This document shows, one piece after another, positions 27,501 through 40,800 of a DNA stretch of 64,000 nucleotides (position 1 is its first letter; each line of letters begins with the position of its first letter). A program made the position numbers and the translations under genes. A model generated the notes under the pieces. That model searched no databases. It saw only the letters and a program-made list of their open reading frames with translations, and had not been told where the DNA came from. Source of the stretch: Eledone cirrhosa (taxonomy: Eukaryota); assembly GCA_964016885.1 (NCBI GenBank), contig OZ024743.1:21576001-21640000 (forward strand), read 5' to 3'.

Positions 27501-29175
27501 GGTGAGAATACTATGGTAGCTGGATTATTAAACCATTTATATATAATAGTAAAAATAGAGTGCTGGGCAGAGGTGAGAACACTGTGGTAGCTGCATTATT
27601 AAACCACTTATATATAATAGTAAAAATAGAGTGCTGGGCAGAGGTGAGAACACTGTGGTAGCTGCATTATTAAACCACTTATATATAATAGTAAAAATAG
27701 AGTGCTGGGCAGAGGTGAGAACACTGTGGGAGCTGCATTATTAAACCACTTATATATAATAGTAAAAATAGAGTGCTGGGCAGAGGTGAGAACACTGTGG
27801 TAGCTGGATTATTAAACCATTTATATATAATAGTAAAAATACAGTGCTGGGCAGAGGTGAGAACACTATGGTAGCTGGATTATTAAACCATTTATATATA
27901 ATAGTAAAAATACAGTGCTGGGCAGAGCTGAGAACACTATGGTAGCCGGATTATTAGAACCATTTATATATAATAGTAAAAATAGAGCGCTGGGCAGAGG
28001 TGAGAACACTATGGTAGCTGGATTATTAAACCATTTATATATAATAGTAAAAATACAGTGCTGGGTAGAGGTGAGAACACTATGGTAGCTGGATTATTAA
28101 ACCATTTATATATAATAGTAAAAATACAGTGCTGGGCAGAGGTGAGAACACTATGGTAGACGGATTATTAAACCATTTATATATAATAGTAAAAATACAG
28201 TGCTGGGCAGAGGTGAGACACTATGATAGCTGGATTATTAAACCATTTATATATAATAGTAAAAATACAGTGCTGGGCAGAGCTGAGAACACTATGATAG
28301 CTGGATTATTAAACCATTTATATATAATAGTAAAAATACAGTGCTGGGCAAAGGTGAGACACTATGATAGCTGGATTATTAAACCATTTATATATAATAG
28401 TAAAAATAGAGTGCTGGGCAGAGGTGAGAACACTGTGGTAGCTGGATTATTAAACCATTTATATATAATAGTAAAAATACAGTGCTGGGCAGAGGTGAGA
28501 ACACTGTGGTAGCTGCATTATTAAACCACTTATATATAATAGTAAAAATAGAGTGCTGGGCAGAGGTGAGAACACTATGGTAGCTGGATTATTAAACCAT
28601 TTATATATAATAGTAAAAATACAGTGCTGGGCAGAGGTGAGAACACTATGGAAGCAGGATTATTAAACCATTTAAATATAATAGTAAAAATACAGTGCTG
28701 GGCAGAGGTGAGAACACTATGGTAGCTGGATTATTAAACCATTTATATATAATAGTAAAAATACAGTGCTGGGCAGAGGTGAGAATACTATGGAAGCAGG
28801 ATTATTAAACCATTTAAATATAATAGTAAAAATACAGTGCTGGGCAGAGGTGAGAACATTATCGTAGCTGGATTATTAAACCATTTATATATAGTAGTAA
28901 AAATACAGTGCTGGGCAGGTGAGAACACTATGGTTGCCGGATTATTAAACCATTTATATATAATAGTAAAAATACAGTGCTGGGCAAAGGTGAGACACTA
29001 TGATAGCTGGATTATTAAACCATTTATATATAATAGTAAAAATAGAGTGCTGGGCAGAGGTGAGAACACTGTGGTAGCTGGATTATTAAACCATTTATAT
29101 ATAATAGTAAAAATAGAGTGCTGGGCAGAGGTGAGAACACTATGGTAGCTGGATTATTAAACCATTTATATATAA
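21587..29175. repeat. 71-bp satellite tandem array, segment between the two LINE copies
   Basis: Same monomer and orientation; resumes in phase at TATAATAGTAAAAA directly after the LINE tail. Confidence 0.99.
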
Positions 29176-29660
29176 ATGCTGCCAAGAAAACAGCCACTTA
29201 TGTGTTTATTGCAGGTGACTTCAATCATCCTGAGATCGATTGGGAAACCTTTCGTTGGCCACAGGGTGCAAACGATTTCCTTGAACTAGTGCTGGACTCA
29301 AACTGGTCACAAGTAGTCACCTCTCCAACAAGAGGTGACAACACTTTGGACCTGATCTTCACCACTACTCCTGAAGTGGTTATCAGTTGTACTACTGAGG
29401 AACCTCTAGGCGACTCTGATCATGCTATGATCATTGCCAATCTGGCACTTGAGGGCAGCAACAAAAACCAGAGCCATCTCCAATCTGCTTGCTTTGATTG
29501 GAAGAGGGCAGATTGGAACTTGTACTGCACTGAGCTACAGCGCCCAAACTGGCATGAGATGTATAACTCTGGAGATGTGAACTCTATACTCCAGAGCATC
29601 CTGGACTCAATATGGATAGCGTGTGCAGCATCAGTGCCACGGAAGCGGAAAGAAAAATAA
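29176..29660 (+). pseudogene. Truncated APE endonuclease fragment, copy 2
   Basis: Translation identical to copy 1. Confidence 0.9.
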
Positions 29661-31581
29661 CCACCCCAAAAGTGCAATCTGGGAAACTTCAGCAGTCCGA
29701 CTTGCCAGGAAAGAGCGTCGGAACGCTGAACGGGAATATAAACTGCATAGATCAGATGCCAACAGAAAAAAGCGGAATAAATCTTCTAACCATCTCAAGC
29801 AAGTGACAAAGAAGGCAGTGCTTGAATTTGAACAGTGCATCGCAACCAATCCCGACAGTAAGGTGTTCTGGAAATATGTTCATTCAAAGCAGAGACCTCA
29901 CTCTCCAGTTGGTCCTCTTCGCAATCCCCACACAAGCCAGATCACTGACGATCCCAAGGAATGCGCAGAACTCATTGCTGAGTGCTATGCAAGTATTTTT
30001 ACTGTTGAAAACCAGAATGTACCATCTCCACCATCTCTAACATCAAATTCCATAACAACTATGGAATTTACACCTGCAATGTTGCGACGTCACCTTAAGA
30101 ATAAGCGCAACTATGCCTCCCCTGGTCTTGATGGTGTGACATACCTGCTTCTCAAACGTGGCGGGGATTTCCTTTTGCGCCAGCTTTCTTTTTTCTTTCA
30201 ATACTGTCTCAGCAATGGTGCTACTCCAGAGCAGTGGAAAACTGCCAGTGTCATTCCCCTGTTCAAAAAGGGCAACCGCATGTCACCTGTCAACTATCGT
30301 CCAGTCAGTCTTACTAGCTGTATGGCCAAACTGATGGAATCCTGTGTCAGAGAAACACTTTGGAACTTCTGGAGCTCTCACAGCCTCATCCGGCCCTCAC
30401 AGTTTGGATTTATCCCTAACTCCAGCTGCTGTGATCAGCTTATCGAGTTCCTTGAGGACATCACCCGGATCACTGACAGCGGCTCATGGGTGGATGTTGT
30501 TTACTTTGACTTTGCTAAGGCTTTTAATTCTGTGCCACACAAAAGACTTATGGCAAAACTCTCTGCAATGGGTGTGAGGGATGATCTTTTCGACTGGCTG
30601 AAATCCTTCATTCTCAGCCGAAAGGAAGTAGTCACGGTTCTAGGACAGCATTCTTCACCATATGAGATGTCATCTGGTGTACCACAGGGATCTGTTCTTG
30701 GTCCTCTTTTGTTTGTGGCATATATTAATGACATAGATGCCAACTTACAGAATGCCACGGTACTAAAATATGCAGATGACATCAAGCTGTACCTTGAAAT
30801 CAAAAGGACTGATCCTGAAATTTACAACTCTTTCCTACAATCAGACCTGGACACAATGCAGCAATGGATCACAGACTGGCAACTGAAGCTGGCTGTGGAC
30901 AAGTGTACCACCATGCATTTTGGAAGGAAAAATCCAGCGTCCACATACTCCCTCCACAACACTGACATCAAAAAGTCCTCTTGTGAACGTGACCTGGGCA
31001 TTACTGTCAGCAACGATTTGCGTTGGACAAAGCATGTCTCTAAGATTGTCAAGAAGGCCGAGGGTGTCTTGGCATCACTCAGCAAGACCTTTGTTAGCCA
31101 CTCTCCAGCCATCTATTTAAAACTGTATACAGCTATGGTGCGACCACACTTGGAATTCGCATCATCAGTCTGGAACCCCTATCTTGCTCGGAACATTGAC
31201 CTCCTGGAAACTGTTCAGAGACGTGCAACCAAGCGCATACCCTCCATCAGACACCTACCATACTCTGAACGCCTTGCTTCCCTGGGCATGGATTCATTGA
31301 AGCTCCGACGTCTGGCAGTGGACTTGGTGAATACCCACAAAGTTTTTAACCATCTCGCCAACTGCAACCCTGAGCGCCTCTTTGATCTCCATGTATCTAA
31401 CACACGTGGACATGCCTACAAGATAAGAAAACAGCACAGCTCCCATGACTTTCGCAGACATTTTTTCACGCTCAGAGTTGCTGAAACATGGAACAAACTG
31501 CCTGCGTCAATTGTTAGCTGCCGAGACACTGCATCCTTTAAGACACTCATGCTTCCCGAAATACGCCAAAACTACACCTGA
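29623..31581 (+). pseudogene. LINE ORF2 reverse transcriptase frame, copy 2
   Basis: 652-aa translation identical to copy 1. Confidence 0.9.
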
Positions 31582-31613
31582 TGTGCCCCTTCCATACACA
31601 TGCACACATGTGT

Positions 31614-31861
31614 GCACTGTTCATTTTACTGATGTTTGTGCATTGCCCTATGTACTGTACATGCACTTTTTTGATGGGTTGTGGTGCACCTGGGCACTGT
31701 GCACAATATTTCATTATTGTTATTGTTATTATATCATGACTCATACACTGTTTATTTTCCTGACATTTGTACATTATTCTATGTACTATACATGCACCTT
31801 TGATGAGTTGTAGTGCACCTGAGCACTGTACACAATAATTTCATTATTATTATTATTATTA
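31614..31861 (+). repeat. Same 3'UTR direct repeat in LINE copy 2
   Basis: Same sequence at +10,273. Confidence 0.9.
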
Positions 31862-34800
31862 TAATAGTAAAAATAGAGTGCTGGGCAGAGGTGAGAACAC
31901 TGTGGTAGCTGGATTATTAAACCATTTATATATAATAGTAAAAATACAGTGCTGGGCAGAGGTGAGAACACTATGGTAGCTGGATTATTAGAACCATTTA
32001 TATATCATAGTAAAAATACAGTGCTGGGCAGAGGTGAGAACACTGTGGTAGCTGGATTATTAAACCATTTATATATAATAGTAAAAATACAGTGCTGGGC
32101 AGAGGTGAGAACACTATGGTAGCTGGATTATTAGAACCATTTATATATAATAGTAAAAATAGAGTGCTGGGCAGAGGTGAGAACACTATGGTAGCTGGAT
32201 TATTAAACCATTTATATATAATAGTAAAAATACAGTGCTGGGCAAAGGTGAGACACTATGATAGCTGGATTATTAGAACCATTTATATATAATAGTAAAA
32301 ATAGAGTGCTGGGCAGAGGTGAGAACACTATGGTAGCTGGATTATTAAACCATTTATATATAATAGTAAAAATAGAGTGCTGGGCAGAGGTGAGAACACT
32401 ATGGTAGCTGGATTATTAAACCATTTATATATAATAGTAAAAATAGAGTGCTGGGCAGAGGTGAGAACACTATGGTAGCTGGATTATTAGAACCATTTAT
32501 ATATAATAGTAAAAATAGAGTGCTGGGCAGAGGTGAGAACACTATGGTAGCTGGATTATTAAACCATTTATATATAATAGTAAAAATACAGTGCTGGGCA
32601 AAGGTGAGACACTATGGTAGCTGGATTATTAAACCATTTATATATAATAGTAAAAATAGAGTGCTGGGCAGAGGTGAGAACACTATGGTAGCTGGATTAT
32701 TAAACCATTTATATATAATAGTAAAAATAGAGTGCTGGGCAGAGGTGAGAATACTATGGTAGCTGGATTATTAAACCATTTATATATAATAGTAAAAATA
32801 GAGTGCTGGGCAGAGGTGAGAACACTGTGGTAGCTGCATTATTAAACCACTTATATATAATAGTAAAAATAGAGTGCTGGGCAGAGGTGAGAACACTGTG
32901 GTAGCTGCATTATTAAACCACTTATATATAATAGTAAAAATAGAGTGCTGGGCAGAGGTGAGAACACTGTGGGAGCTGCATTATTAAACCACTTATATAT
33001 AATAGTAAAAATAGAGTGCTGGGCAGAGGTGAGAACACTATGGTAGCTGGATTATTAAACCATTTATATATAATAGTAAAAATACAGTGCTGGGCAGAGG
33101 TGAGAACACTATGGTAGCTGGATTATTAAACCATTTATATATAATAGTAAAAATACAGTGTTGGGCAGAGGTAAGAACACTATGGTAGCTGGATTATTAA
33201 ACCATTTATTTATAATAGTAAAAATAGAGTGCTGGGCAGAGGTGAGAACACTGTGGTAGCCGGATTATTAAACCATTTAAATATAATAGTAAAAATAGAG
33301 TGCTGGGCAGAGGTAAGAACACTGTGGTAGCTGGATTATTAGAACCATTTATATATAATAGTAAACATAGAGTGCTGGGCAGAGGTGAGAACACTATGGT
33401 AGCCGGATTATTAAACCATTTATATATAATAGTAAAAATACAGTGCTGGGCAGAGGTGAGAACATTATCGTAGCTGGATTATTAAACCATTTATATATAA
33501 TAGTAAAAATAGAGTGCTGGGCAGAGGTGAGAACACTATGGTAGCTGGATTATTAAACCATTTATATATAATAGTAAAAATAGAGTGCTGGGCAGAGGTG
33601 AGAACACTATGGTAGCTGGATTATTAAACCATTTATATATAATAGTAAAAATACAGTGTTGGGCAGAGGTAAGAACACTATGGTAGCTGGATTATTAAAC
33701 CATTTATATATAATAGTAAAAATACAGTGCTGGGCAGAGGTGAGAACACTATGGTAGCTGGATTATTAAACCATTTATATATAATAGTAAAAATACAGTG
33801 TTGGGCAGAGGTAAGAACACTATGGTAGCTGGATTATTAAACCATTTATTTATAATAGTAAAAATAGAGTGCTGGGCAGAGGTGAGAACACTGTGGTAGC
33901 CGGATTATTAAACCATTTAAATATAATAGTAAAAATAGAGTGCTGGGCAGAGGTAAGAACACTGTGGTAGCTGGATTATTAGAACCATTTATATATAATA
34001 GTAAACATAGAGTGCTGGGCAGAGGTGAGAACACTATGGTAGCCGGATTATTAAACCATTTATATATAATAGTAAAAATACAGTGCTGGGCAGAGGTGAG
34101 AACATTATCGTAGCTGGATTATTAAACCATTTATATATAATAGTAAAAATAGAGTGCTGGGCAGAGGTGAGAACACTATGGTAGCTGGATTATTAAACCA
34201 TTTATATATAATAGTAAAAATAGAGTGCTGGGCAGAGGTGAGAACACTGTGGTAGCTGGATTATTAAACCATTTATATATAATAGTAAAAATACAGTGCT
34301 GGGTAGAGGTGAGAACACTATGGTAGCTGGATTATTAAACCATTTAAATATAATAGTAAAAATAGAGTGCTGGGCAGAGGTAAGAACACTGTGGTAGCTG
34401 GATTATTAGAACCATTTATATATAATAGTAAAAATACAGTGTTGGGCAGAGGTAAGAACACTGTGGTAGCTGGATTATTAGAACCATTTATATATAATAG
34501 TAAAAATACAGTGCTGGGCAGAGGTAAGAACACTGTGGTAGCTGGATTATTAGAACCATTTATATATAATAGTAAAAATACAGTGTTGGGCAGAGGTAAG
34601 AACACTGTGGTAGCTGGATTATTAGAACCATTTATATATAATAGTAAAAATAGAGTGCTGGGCAGAGGTAAGAACACTGTGGTAGCTGGATTATTAAACC
34701 ATTTATATATAATAGTAAAAATAGAGTGCTGGGTAGAGGTGAGAACACTATGGTACCTGGATCATTAAACCATTTATATATAATAGTAAAAATACAGTGC

Positions 34801-37800
34801 TGGGCAGAGGTGAGAACACTATGGTAGCTGGATTATTAAACCATTTATATATAATAGTAAAAATACAGTGTTGGGCAGAGGTAAGAACACTATGGTAGCT
34901 GGATTATTAAACCATTTATATATAATAGTAAAAATACAGTGTTGGGCAGAGGTAAGAACACTATGGTAGCTGGATTATTAAACCATTTATATATAATAGT
35001 AAAAATACAGTGTTGGGCAGAGGTAAGAACACTATGGTAGCAGGATTATTAGAACCATTTATATATCATAGTAAAAATACAGTGCTGGGTAGAGGTGAGA
35101 ACACTATGGTAGCTGGATCATTAAACCATTTATATATAATAGTAAAAATACAGTGTTGGGCAGAGGTAAGAACACTATGGTAGCTGGATTATTAAACCAT
35201 TTATATATAATAGTAAAAATACAGTGTTGGGCAGAGGTAAGAACACTATGGTAGCTGGATTATTAGAACCATTTATATATAATAGTAAAAATAGAGTGCT
35301 GGGCAGAGGTGAGAACACTGTGGTAGCTGGATTATTAAACCATTTATATATAATAGTAAAAATAGAGTGCTGGGCAGAGGTGAGAACACTATGGTAGCTG
35401 GATTATTATACCATTTATATATAATAGTAAAAATAGAGTGCTGGGCAGAGGTGAGAACACTATGGAAGCAGGATTATTAAACCATTTATATATAATAGTA
35501 AAAATACAGTGCTGGGTAGAGGTGAGAACACTATGGTAGCTGGATTATTAAACCATTTATATATAATAGTAAAAATAGAGTGCTGGGCAGAGGTGAGAAC
35601 ACTATGGAAGCAGGATTATTATACCATTTATATATAATAGTAAAAATACAGTGCTGGGCAGAGGTGAGAACACTATGGTAGCTGGATTATTAAACCATTT
35701 ATATATAATAGTAAAAATAGAGTGCTGGGCAGAGGTGAGAACACTATGGTAGCTGGATTATTAAACCATTTATATATAATAGTAAAAATACAGTGCTGGG
35801 TAGAGGTGAGAACACTATGGTAGCTGGATTATTAAACCATTTAAATATAATAGTAAAAATAGAGTGCTGGGCAGAGGTAAGAACACTGTGGTAGCTGGAT
35901 TATTAGAACCATTTATATATAATAGTAAAAATACAGTGTTGGGCAGAGGTAAGAACACTGTGGTAGCTGGATTATTAGAACCATTTATATATAATAGTAA
36001 AAATACAGTGCTGGGCAGAGGTAAGAACACTGTGGTAGCTGGATTATTAGAACCATTTATATATAATAGTAAAAATACAGTGTTGGGCAGAGGTAAGAAC
36101 ACTGTGGTAGCTGGATTATTAGAACCATTTATATATAATAGTAAAAATACAGTGTTGGGCAGAGGTAAGAACACTGTGGTAGCTGGATTATTAGAACCAT
36201 TTATATATAATAGTAAAAATACAGTGTTGGGCAGAGGTAAGAACACTGTGGTAGCTGGATTATTAAACCATTTATATATAATAGTAAAAATAGAGTGCTG
36301 GGCAGAGGTGAGAACACTATGGTAGCTGGATTATTAAACCATTTATATATAATAGTAAAAATAGAGTGCTGGGCAGAGGTAAGAACACTGTGGTAGCTGG
36401 ATTATTAAACCATTTATATATAATAGTAAAAATAGAGTGCTGGGCAGAGGTGAGAACACTATGGTAGCTGGATTATTAAACCATTTAAATATAATAGTAA
36501 AAATAGAGTGCTGGGCAGAGGTAAGAACACTGTGGTAGCTGGATTATTAAACCATTTATATATAATAGTAAAAATAGAGTGCTGGGCAGAGGTAAGAACA
36601 CTATGGTAGCTGGATTATTAAACCATTTATATATAATAGTAAAAATACAGTGTTGGGCAGAGGTAAGAACACTATGGTAGCTGGATTATTAAACCATTTA
36701 TATATAATAGTAAAAATACAGTGTTGGGCAGAGGTAAGAACACTATGGTAGCAGGATTATTAGAACCATTTGTATATAATAGTAAAAATACAGTGTTGGG
36801 CAGAGGTAAGAACACTATGGTAGCTGGATTATTAAACCATTTATATATAATAGTAAAAATACAGTGTTGGGCAGAGGTAAGAACACTATGGTAGCTGGAT
36901 TATTAAACCATTTATATATAATAGTAAAAATACAGTGTTGGGCAGAGGTAAGAACACTATGGTAGCAGGATTATTAGAACCATTTATATATCATAGTAAA
37001 AATACAGTGCTGGGTAGAGGTGAGAACACTATGGTAGCTGGATCATTAAACCATTTATATATAATAGTAAAAATACAGTGTTGGGCAGAGGTAAGAACAC
37101 TATGGTAGCTGGATTATTAAACCATTTATATATAATAGTAAAAATACAGTGTTGGGCAGAGGTAAGAACACTATGGTAGCTGGATTATAAAACCATTTAT
37201 ATATAATAGTAAAAATACAGTGCTGGGTAGAGGTGAGAACACTATGGTAGCTGGATCATTAAACCATTTATATATAATAGTAAAAATACAGTGTTGGGCA
37301 GAGGTAAGAACACTATGGTAGCTGGATTATTAAACCATTTATATATAATAGTAAAAATACAGTGTTGGGCAGAGGTAAGAACACTATGGTAGCTGGATTA
37401 TTAGAACCATTTATATATAATAGTAAAAATAGAGTGCTGGGCAGAGGTGAGAACACTGTGGTAGCTGGATTATTAAACCATTTATATATAATAGTAAAAA
37501 TAGAGTGCTGGGCAGAGGTGAGAACACTATGGTAGCTGGATTATTATACCATTTATATATAATAGTAAAAATAGAGTGCTGGGCAGAGGTGAGAACACTA
37601 TGGAAGCAGGATTATTAAACCATTTATATATAATAGTAAAAATACAGTGCTGGGCAGAGGTGAGAACACTATGGTAGCAGGATTATTAAACCATTTATAT
37701 ATAATAGTAAAAATAGAGTGCTGGGCAGAGGTGAGAACACTATGGTAGCAGGATTATTAAACCATTTATTTATAATAGTAAAAATACAGTGCTGGGCAGA

Positions 37801-40800
37801 GGTGAGAACACTATGGTAGCTGGATTATTAAACCATTTATATATAATAGTAAAAATAGAGTGCTGGGCAGAGGTGAGAACACTATGGTAGCAGGATTATT
37901 AAACCATTTATATATAATAGTAAAAATACAGTGCTGGGCAAAGGTGAGACACTATGATAGCTGGATTATTAAACCATTTATATATAATAGTAAAAATAGA
38001 GTGCTGGGCAGAGGTGAGAACACTATGGTAGCCGGATTATTAAACCATTTATATATAATAGTAAAAATACAGTGCTGGGCAAAGGTGAGACACTATGATA
38101 GCTGGATTATTAAACCATTTATATATAATAGTAAAAATAGAGTGCTGGGCAGAGGTGAGAACATTATGGTAGCTGGATTATTAAACCATTTATATATAAT
38201 AGTAAAAATACAGTGCTGGGTAGAGGTGAGAACACTATGGTAGCTGGATTATTAAACCATTTATATATAATAGTAAAAATAGAGTGCTGGGCAGAGGTGA
38301 GAACACTGTGGTAGCTGGATTATTAAACCATTTATATATAATAGTAAAAATACAGTGCTGGGTAGAGGTGAGAACACTATGGTAGCTGGATTATTAAACC
38401 ATTTATATATAATAGTAAAAATAGAGTGCTGGGCAGAGGTGAGAACACTGTGGTAGCTGGATTATTAAACCATTTATATATAATAGTAAAAATACAGTGT
38501 TGGGCAGAGGTAAGAACACTATGGTAGCTGGATTATTAAACCATTTATATATAATAGTAAAAATACAGTGTTGGGCAGAGGTAAGAACACTATGGTAGCT
38601 GGATTATAAAACCATTTATATATAATAGTAAAAATACAGTGCTGGGTAGAGGTGAGAACACTATGGTAGCTGGATCATTAAACCATTTATATATAATAGT
38701 AAAAATACAGTGTTGGGCAGAGGTAAGAACACTATGGTAGCTGGATTATTAAACCATTTATATATAATAGTAAAAATACAGTGTTGGGCAGAGGTAAGAA
38801 CAATATGGTAGCTGGATTATTAGAACCATTTATATATAATAGTAAAAATAGAGTGCTGGGCAGAGGTGAGAACACTGTGGTAGCTGGATTATTAAACCAT
38901 TTATATATAATAGTAAAAATAGAGTGCTGGGCAGAGGTGAGAACACTATGGTAGCTGGATTATTATACCATTTATATATAATAGTAAAAATAGAGTGCTG
39001 GGCAGAGGTGAGAACACTATGGAAGCAGGATTATTAAACCATTTATATATAATAGTAAAAATACAGTGCTGGGCAGAGGTGAGAACACTATGGTAGCAGG
39101 ATTATTAAACCATTTATATATAATAGTAAAAATAGAGTGCTGGGCAGAGGTGAGAACACTATGGTAGCAGGATTATTAAACCATTTATTTATAATAGTAA
39201 AAATACAGTGCTGGGCAGAGGTGAGAACACTATGGTAGCTGGATTATTAAACCATTTATATATAATAGTAAAAATAGAGTGCTGGGCAGAGGTGAGAACA
39301 CTATGGTAGCAGGATTATTAAACCATTTATATATAATAGTAAAAATACAGTGCTGGGCAAAGGTGAGACACTATGATAGCTGGATTATTAAACCATTTAT
39401 ATATAATAGTAAAAATAGAGTGCTGGGCAGAGGTGAGAACACTATGGTAGCCGGATTATTAAACCATTTATATATAATAGTAAAAATACAGTGCTGGGCA
39501 AAGGTGAGACACTATGATAGCTGGATTATTAAACCATTTATATATAATAGTAAAAATAGAGTGCTGGGCAGAGGTGAGAACATTATGGTAGCTGGATTAT
39601 TAAACCATTTATATATAATAGTAAAAATACAGTGCTGGGTAGAGGTGAGAACACTATGGTAGCTGGATTATTAAACCATTTATATATAATAGTAAAAATA
39701 GAGTGCTGGGCAGAGGTGAGAACACTGTGGTAGCTGGATTATTAAACCATTTATATATAATAGTAAAAATACAGTGCTGGGTAGAGGTGAGAACACTATG
39801 GTAGCTGGATTATTAAACCATTTATATATAATAGTAAAAATAGAGTGCTGGGCAGAGGTGAGAACACTGTGGTAGCTGGATTATTAAACCATTTATATAT
39901 AATAGTAAAAATACAGTGCTGGGTAGAGGTGAGAACACTATGGTAGCTGGATTATTAAACCATTTAAATATAATAGTAAAAATAGAGTGCTGGGCAGAGG
40001 TAAGAACACTATGGTAGCTGGATTATTAAACCATTTATATATAATAGTAAAAATACAGTGTTGGGCAGAGGTAAGAACACTGTGGTAGCTGGATTATTAG
40101 AACCATTTATATATAATAGTAAAAATACAGTGTTGGGCAGAGGTAAGAACACTGTGGTAGCTGGATTATTAGAACCATTTATATATAATAGTAAAAATAC
40201 AGTGCTGGGCAGAGGTAAGAACACTGTGGTAGCTGGATTATTAGAACCATTTATATATAATAGTAAAAATACAGTGTTGGGCAGAGGTAAGAACACTGTG
40301 GTAGCTGGATTATTAGAACCATTTATATATAATAGTAAAAATACAGTGTTGGGCAGAGGTAAGAACACTGTGGTAGCTGGATTATTAGAACCATTTATAT
40401 ATAATAGTAAAAATAGAGTGCTGGGTAGAGGTGAGAACACTATGGTAGCTGGATTATTAAACCATTTATATATAATAGTAAAAATAGAGTGCTGGGCAGA
40501 GGTGAGAATACTATGGTAGCTGGATTATTAAACCATTTATATATAATAGTAAAAATAGAGTGCTGGGCAGAGGTGAGAACACTGTGGTAGCTGCATTATT
40601 AAACCACTTATATATAATAGTAAAAATAGAGTGCTGGGCAGAGGTGAGAACACTATGGTAGCTGGATTATTAAACCATTTATATATAATAGTAAAAATAC
40701 AGTGCTGGGCAGAGGTGAGAACACTATGGTAGCTGGATTATTAAACCATTTATATATAATAGTAAAAATAGAGTGCTGGGCAGAGGTGAGAACACTATGG

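Larger units (their letters stand above)
29176..31859 (+). mobile_element. 5'-truncated CR1-clade LINE, copy 2 (duplicate of copy 1)
   Basis: Offset exactly 10,273 bp from copy 1, with identical translations, truncation point, frameshift, tail length and flanks. Confidence 0.95.
13540..34085. repeat. 10,273-bp tandem segmental duplication (about 13540-23812 and 23813-34085) containing satellite plus LINE
   Basis: ORF-track landmarks from 13608 to 23573 recur at +10,273. The breakpoint falls within one monomer near 23812-23830. Confidence 0.93.

Noticed and set aside
29176-31859. Two independent site-specific LINE integrations
   Set aside because: Identical truncation, frameshift and kilobases of identical flanks show one insertion that was duplicated.
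35815-36325. Repeat-protein-like ORFs with a 24-aa period on both strands
   Set aside because: A consequence of consecutive 72-bp (3n) monomers; there is no other coding evidence.
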